Source of the DNA: Candidatus Heimdallarchaeota archaeon
GTDB taxonomy: Archaea; Asgardarchaeota; Heimdallarchaeia; JABLTI01
Direction of reading: 5' to 3'
DNA: 32,000 nucleotides
NCBI GenBank assembly: GCA_030614005.1
Contig: JAUWKS010000037.1
Span: forward strand, 1-32,000
This document shows, piece by piece, positions 29,081-32,000 of the stretch. How positions within the stretch are numbered: the first letter of the stretch is position 1; every line of letters starts with the position of its first letter. The position numbers and the translations under genes are program-made. The notes beneath the pieces are model-generated. The model had not been told where the DNA came from. It did no database searches and saw only the letters and a list, made by a program, of their open reading frames with translations.

Positions 29081-29398
29081 GTGAACAATATTCGATTTCC
29101 CATGATAATTACTTGCTTTGTAAAGAATCCTAAAAAAATAGCCGATATTTTTGAGAAATTACTAAGAGATATGGGTTATGTAAAAATAGGTGAAAGAGCG
29201 TTTGTTCATCAAGGTGGGGAGCAGCTGACCGCAGCAATTACTTTTGGGAAAACCTATTTGCCTGAAATTGATTCAGTAAAAGACTGTTTAACGCTATATC
29301 TCTCCGATGCTGAACATGCTATTAATATTGAAATATGTCATGAATTGAATAAAATCCTTACTTCTGAGATTACCATTGGTACTTCCTTTTATCAATAG
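29081..29398 (+). CDS. Small hypothetical protein (~105 aa)
   Basis: Open frame with globular composition; GTG 29081 lies about 10 nt after GCGAGGA. The track's upstream extension looks non-coding. No family recognised. Confidence 0.5.
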   Translation: MNNIRFPMIITCFVKNPKKIADIFEKLLRDMGYVKIGERAFVHQGGEQLTAAITFGKTYLPEIDSVKDCLTLYLSDAEHAINIEICHELNKILTSEITIGTSFYQ

Positions 29399-29453
29399 AA
29401 TCAATAGAAAAAATTAAACAGATTCAATAAATAATCATTTTGTTCTGATAGAA

Positions 29454-30731
29454 ATGCCATATTACGAAAATTGTGACCAATGCAAAAAATGTTTTCCTTG
29501 CCCTGTTACAAGTGGTGCCAAAAATCAGGGGGCATATCCAATTACTCAAGGATATGGTGATATTTGGTATTGTGCAAATTGCTTCTACTGCGAAGATGTT
29601 TGTCCTGATTATTCTCCAAGGCAATATGCAGTTGATCTACGAAGAACAACTCAACAGTTTTCTGACAGAACAATTGAACCAATCAAACAATTGAGAAAAC
29701 ACGGTTTGTTGTTTGATATCACTAAAACTTTGGATGAATATAGGCTTGACATAGGCTTGCCTTCCATATTAAAACCAAATGTTGCTGAAGTTGATTTTCT
29801 TTATCAAACCATTTTGGATGAAAAAACTTCATCTTTAACAAAGTCAGGAGAGAAAGTAGACTCGAGCAAATTTGAGGGGGACACTAAAAAAGGCAAGATT
29901 GCACTGTTTTTAGGTTGTCTAATTCCATATCGAGTCCATGATTATGAATTATCTGCAAGAAATTTGTTGAAAAAATTTGATATAGAATATATTGATTTAC
30001 CTTTTTCATGTTGTGGTTCCGTTATGACTGAATCTCAATCAGAAGAACTATGGTTGACTATTAGTGCGTATAATCTAGCTTTAGCAGAGCAATCTGGTGT
30101 TGAAACAATTATTACTTTGTGTGGAGGTTGTACAGGAAATCTTAGAAGAACAAATAATATCTTACTTGAAAATAGTGATAAATTGAAAAAAACAAATGAA
30201 CATTTAAGTAAGATTTCAAAAAACTATTCTGGAAAAATAACTATTAAACATTTCTCAGAATTTTTATTGGACAACAAAGTAACCAAGATAATACCTCGTT
30301 TGTTGAATTCTTCAAAAGTCGAAAATCTTATGCAAATTTCCGCTTCCGTACAAATTCCCTGTCAAGTAATACGTCCTGAAAAACATTCTCCGAATTCTCA
30401 TCTTGAAACGAAATTATTAACTGATTTGATGGAATTAACTCAAATCAAACTTATCAAGTATCCATATGAATTATTATGTTGTGGCTCGTCAATTTTAGTC
30501 TATGATGAACTGTTGGCTTATAAAATTGCTAAGAAAAGAATCGATTCTCTTTTAAAAAGAAATGTTGACGCGTTAATTCTTGGATGTGGAAATTGTAGCA
30601 TGAATTTTAGTGTTCATCTTTCGGAATATTCTGATATACGATTAGCAACACTTTTTTTTACAGAAGTTCTTGACTATGCACTGGGTTCAGAAAATGAAAA
30701 ATTAGATGAACTACTTAAAGATAATAAATAA
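29454..30731 (+). CDS. Heterodisulfide reductase-like HdrC-HdrB fusion (ferredoxin motifs + two CCG domains)
   Basis: CDQCKKCFPCP and CANCFYCEDVCP at the N-terminus; FLGCLIP...FSCCG...LCGGC and IPCQVIRP...LCCG...GCGNC. Confidence 0.85.
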   Translation: MPYYENCDQCKKCFPCPVTSGAKNQGAYPITQGYGDIWYCANCFYCEDVCPDYSPRQYAVDLRRTTQQFSDRTIEPIKQLRKHGLLFDITKTLDEYRLDIGLPSILKPNVAEVDFLYQTILDEKTSSLTKSGEKVDSSKFEGDTKKGKIALFLGCLIPYRVHDYELSARNLLKKFDIEYIDLPFSCCGSVMTESQSEELWLTISAYNLALAEQSGVETIITLCGGCTGNLRRTNNILLENSDKLKKTNEHLSKISKNYSGKITIKHFSEFLLDNKVTKIIPRLLNSSKVENLMQISASVQIPCQVIRPEKHSPNSHLETKLLTDLMELTQIKLIKYPYELLCCGSSILVYDELLAYKIAKKRIDSLLKRNVDALILGCGNCSMNFSVHLSEYSDIRLATLFFTEVLDYALGSENEKLDELLKDNK

Positions 30732-30743
30732 AAAGAAGCGCAA

Positions 30744-31709
30744 TTATACAATTGCAACTTCGTCTTCAACGATTGTTTGTTCTTTCTTGTGAGTAAAGAA
30801 TTTTATTTTCTTAAATAAGACGGGCATTAACAATCCAATTACGGAATACACAATTGTATATCGGATGAAATCGTAGAGGTAATCTAAAGCATAATTCGTT
30901 GTTGCAAAAAGATCGAATAAAGCACTCAATCCAAAGTAAACGCCACTTAAAAATGCTAATCCCGTAATTATTCTAAGTAGTTTTGAATACCACTTCAGAT
31001 TATTATTATCCATTTTAATGTAACGGGCTTCGAACCAAAAGAACACTGGGAATATCATTAGAGCAGCTACTATTTTTGCAGAATTTTCTGCATCACCTGG
31101 TGGCCATTCCACAAATAATCCAGTAAAGAATGTAATAAAGAACACGGCTAGCCCGTAACCTTCTCCAACAATTATCTTTACCCAATTAGGCCATTTATCC
31201 ATCCAGTTAATTAGAAGTGGGATACTAAAGTATAATGCCGCTAAAACTGCAACACCAATAAGGAATCCAATTATTACATCACCAATAAAATGTACCCCTA
31301 AGAATACTCGAGAGATACAAATGAGAAGAATAAGAATTGGAATAACAATATATAACCAGATTTTTTTGAAATGAAACATTATCCAACCGTACATTGTTGT
31401 AGACGATTGAGCATGTCCTGAAGGAGTGCTAAAACCTTCTACTTTAATCATATTATCGCTAATCGCTGGTCTGGGTTTCTTAATTAATACTTTTAAGAAA
31501 AAATTCAGAAAACTTGTTGTTAACAAAACATAGATTGCAATTATTGCATCTTTTTTCTTGTATGTCCAAAATGCCATCGCTAGAAGAACGATATAAATAA
31601 TGGGGTCACCAAAAAATGTTATAATTTTAAAAGGCCATTCCGACCAAGGAATAGCATTTTGTAACCATTCATTTATTGTTTCATCAAAGAACCAACCCAT
31701 TGATTTCAC
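30744..31709 (-). CDS. PAP2 family membrane phosphatase
   Basis: KKPRP, TPSGHAQ and SRVFLGVHFIGD catalytic motifs; multiple TMs. Confidence 0.92.
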   Translation of the reverse strand: MKSMGWFFDETINEWLQNAIPWSEWPFKIITFFGDPIIYIVLLAMAFWTYKKKDAIIAIYVLLTTSFLNFFLKVLIKKPRPAISDNMIKVEGFSTPSGHAQSSTTMYGWIMFHFKKIWLYIVIPILILLICISRVFLGVHFIGDVIIGFLIGVAVLAALYFSIPLLINWMDKWPNWVKIIVGEGYGLAVFFITFFTGLFVEWPPGDAENSAKIVAALMIFPVFFWFEARYIKMDNNNLKWYSKLLRIITGLAFLSGVYFGLSALFDLFATTNYALDYLYDFIRYTIVYSVIGLLMPVLFKKIKFFTHKKEQTIVEDEVAIV

Positions 31710-31900
31710 CTTAGCTTAATTATGGTCTATCTTGGTTAACGCACTCTTAAAGAGTTGGTGTTAACTTTTGATTCTCTGCGAGTCCGCCCAACTCCAGAAT
31801 CATTCTGAAGGAACTTTCGTTTGACGTTTGGCTGTATGTCGCTAAAAAACTTCTCTCGAAAGACTCGAATATCTTTCAAGAGTCGTTGCCTGACCACAAG
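31710..31900 (-). ncRNA. Candidate TnpB omega-RNA (scaffold plus flank-derived guide)
   Basis: Stems at 31862-31884 (GACTC/GAGTC), 31795-31807 (CAGAAT/ATTCTG) and 31735-31765. The position matches known omega-RNAs; boundaries are guesses. Confidence 0.35.
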
Positions 31901-32000
31901 GCGTTTCTGTGATAGTGCTAGTAAGGCGAGGAAGCGCTGCATTTGTGTTCCTGAACTGCTTGTATCTCGATCTATTACTAACCCACAATCACAACTAATA
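31730..32000 (-). mobile_element. Right end of an IS200/IS605- or IS607-type element
   Basis: tnpB 3' end, visibly higher GC than the flank, and an imperfect subterminal hairpin at 31735-31765. The exact end cannot be fixed. Confidence 0.55.
31736..31999 (-). CDS. tnpB: TnpB-like RNA-guided nuclease, C-terminal fragment (runs off the window)
   Basis: The frame stays open from 31999: ISCDCGLVIDRDTSSSGTQMQRFL..., i.e. Zn-ribbon C-x-CG plus the DRD RuvC-III motif, then a basic tail to TAA at 31738-31736. Confidence 0.7.
   Translation of the reverse strand: MSCDCGLVIDRDTSSSGTQMQRFLALLALSQKRLVVRQRLLKDIRVFREKFFSDIQPNVKRKFLQNDSGVGRTRRESKVNTNSLRVR

Noticed and set aside
437-29694. Short antisense or alternate-frame ORFs in the track (e.g. 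4963-5184, 8646-8999, 12524-12910, 14569-15063, 21198-21518, 23786-24187, 28039-28365)
   Set aside because: They lie inside long genes with clear family motifs and show no motifs of their own; treated as shadow ORFs.
31736-32000. RNase P RNA-like words (GAGGAAG, AGTCCGCCC)
   Set aside because: The words are in the wrong order, there is no P4 3' half, and the TnpB reading frame explains the region better.
1-32000. tRNA, rRNA or CRISPR repeats
   Set aside because: No cloverleaf or T-loop signature, rRNA-like tract or regularly spaced 25-40 bp repeat was found by eye in the intergenic regions; a covariance-model scan would be needed to exclude them fully.

Overview
AT-rich archaeal chromosomal segment, most consistent with an Asgard (Heimdallarchaeia-like) genome. 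That placement is inferred from the archaeal SecE/Spt5/FtsZ/A-type ATPase, a class III pilin and a uDENN/longin-like + gelsolin-like protein. The first 2.8 kb is damaged. An M32 carboxypeptidase is cut off at about nt 204 by unrelated sequence, and two genes are broken by three single-base losses in would-be homopolymer runs. A co-oriented block follows (3079-10416): a possible Csm6/TIGR02710-like helical protein without its nuclease motif, a Dna2-like Fe-S PD-(D/E)XK nuclease-SF1 helicase, a Cys-cluster tandem wHTH protein, and a 765-aa TrmB-HTH/long helical/PLD-fold protein. This block is the best candidate for an undescribed system. The rest is mostly housekeeping: SUKH-like gene, iorAB, GT4 phosphoglycosyltransferase, ftsZ, MFS, secE (missed by the ORF track), spt5, isolated atpA-atpB, galU, SPFH + NfeD-like pair, pilin, TIGR00341-like protein, HdrC-B fusion and PAP2. 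The window ends in the 3' end of a tnpB-like gene with structured right-end DNA 26 bp from the PAP2 start. No rRNA, tRNA or CRISPR array was seen. Family calls come from motif recognition by eye; no database search was run.
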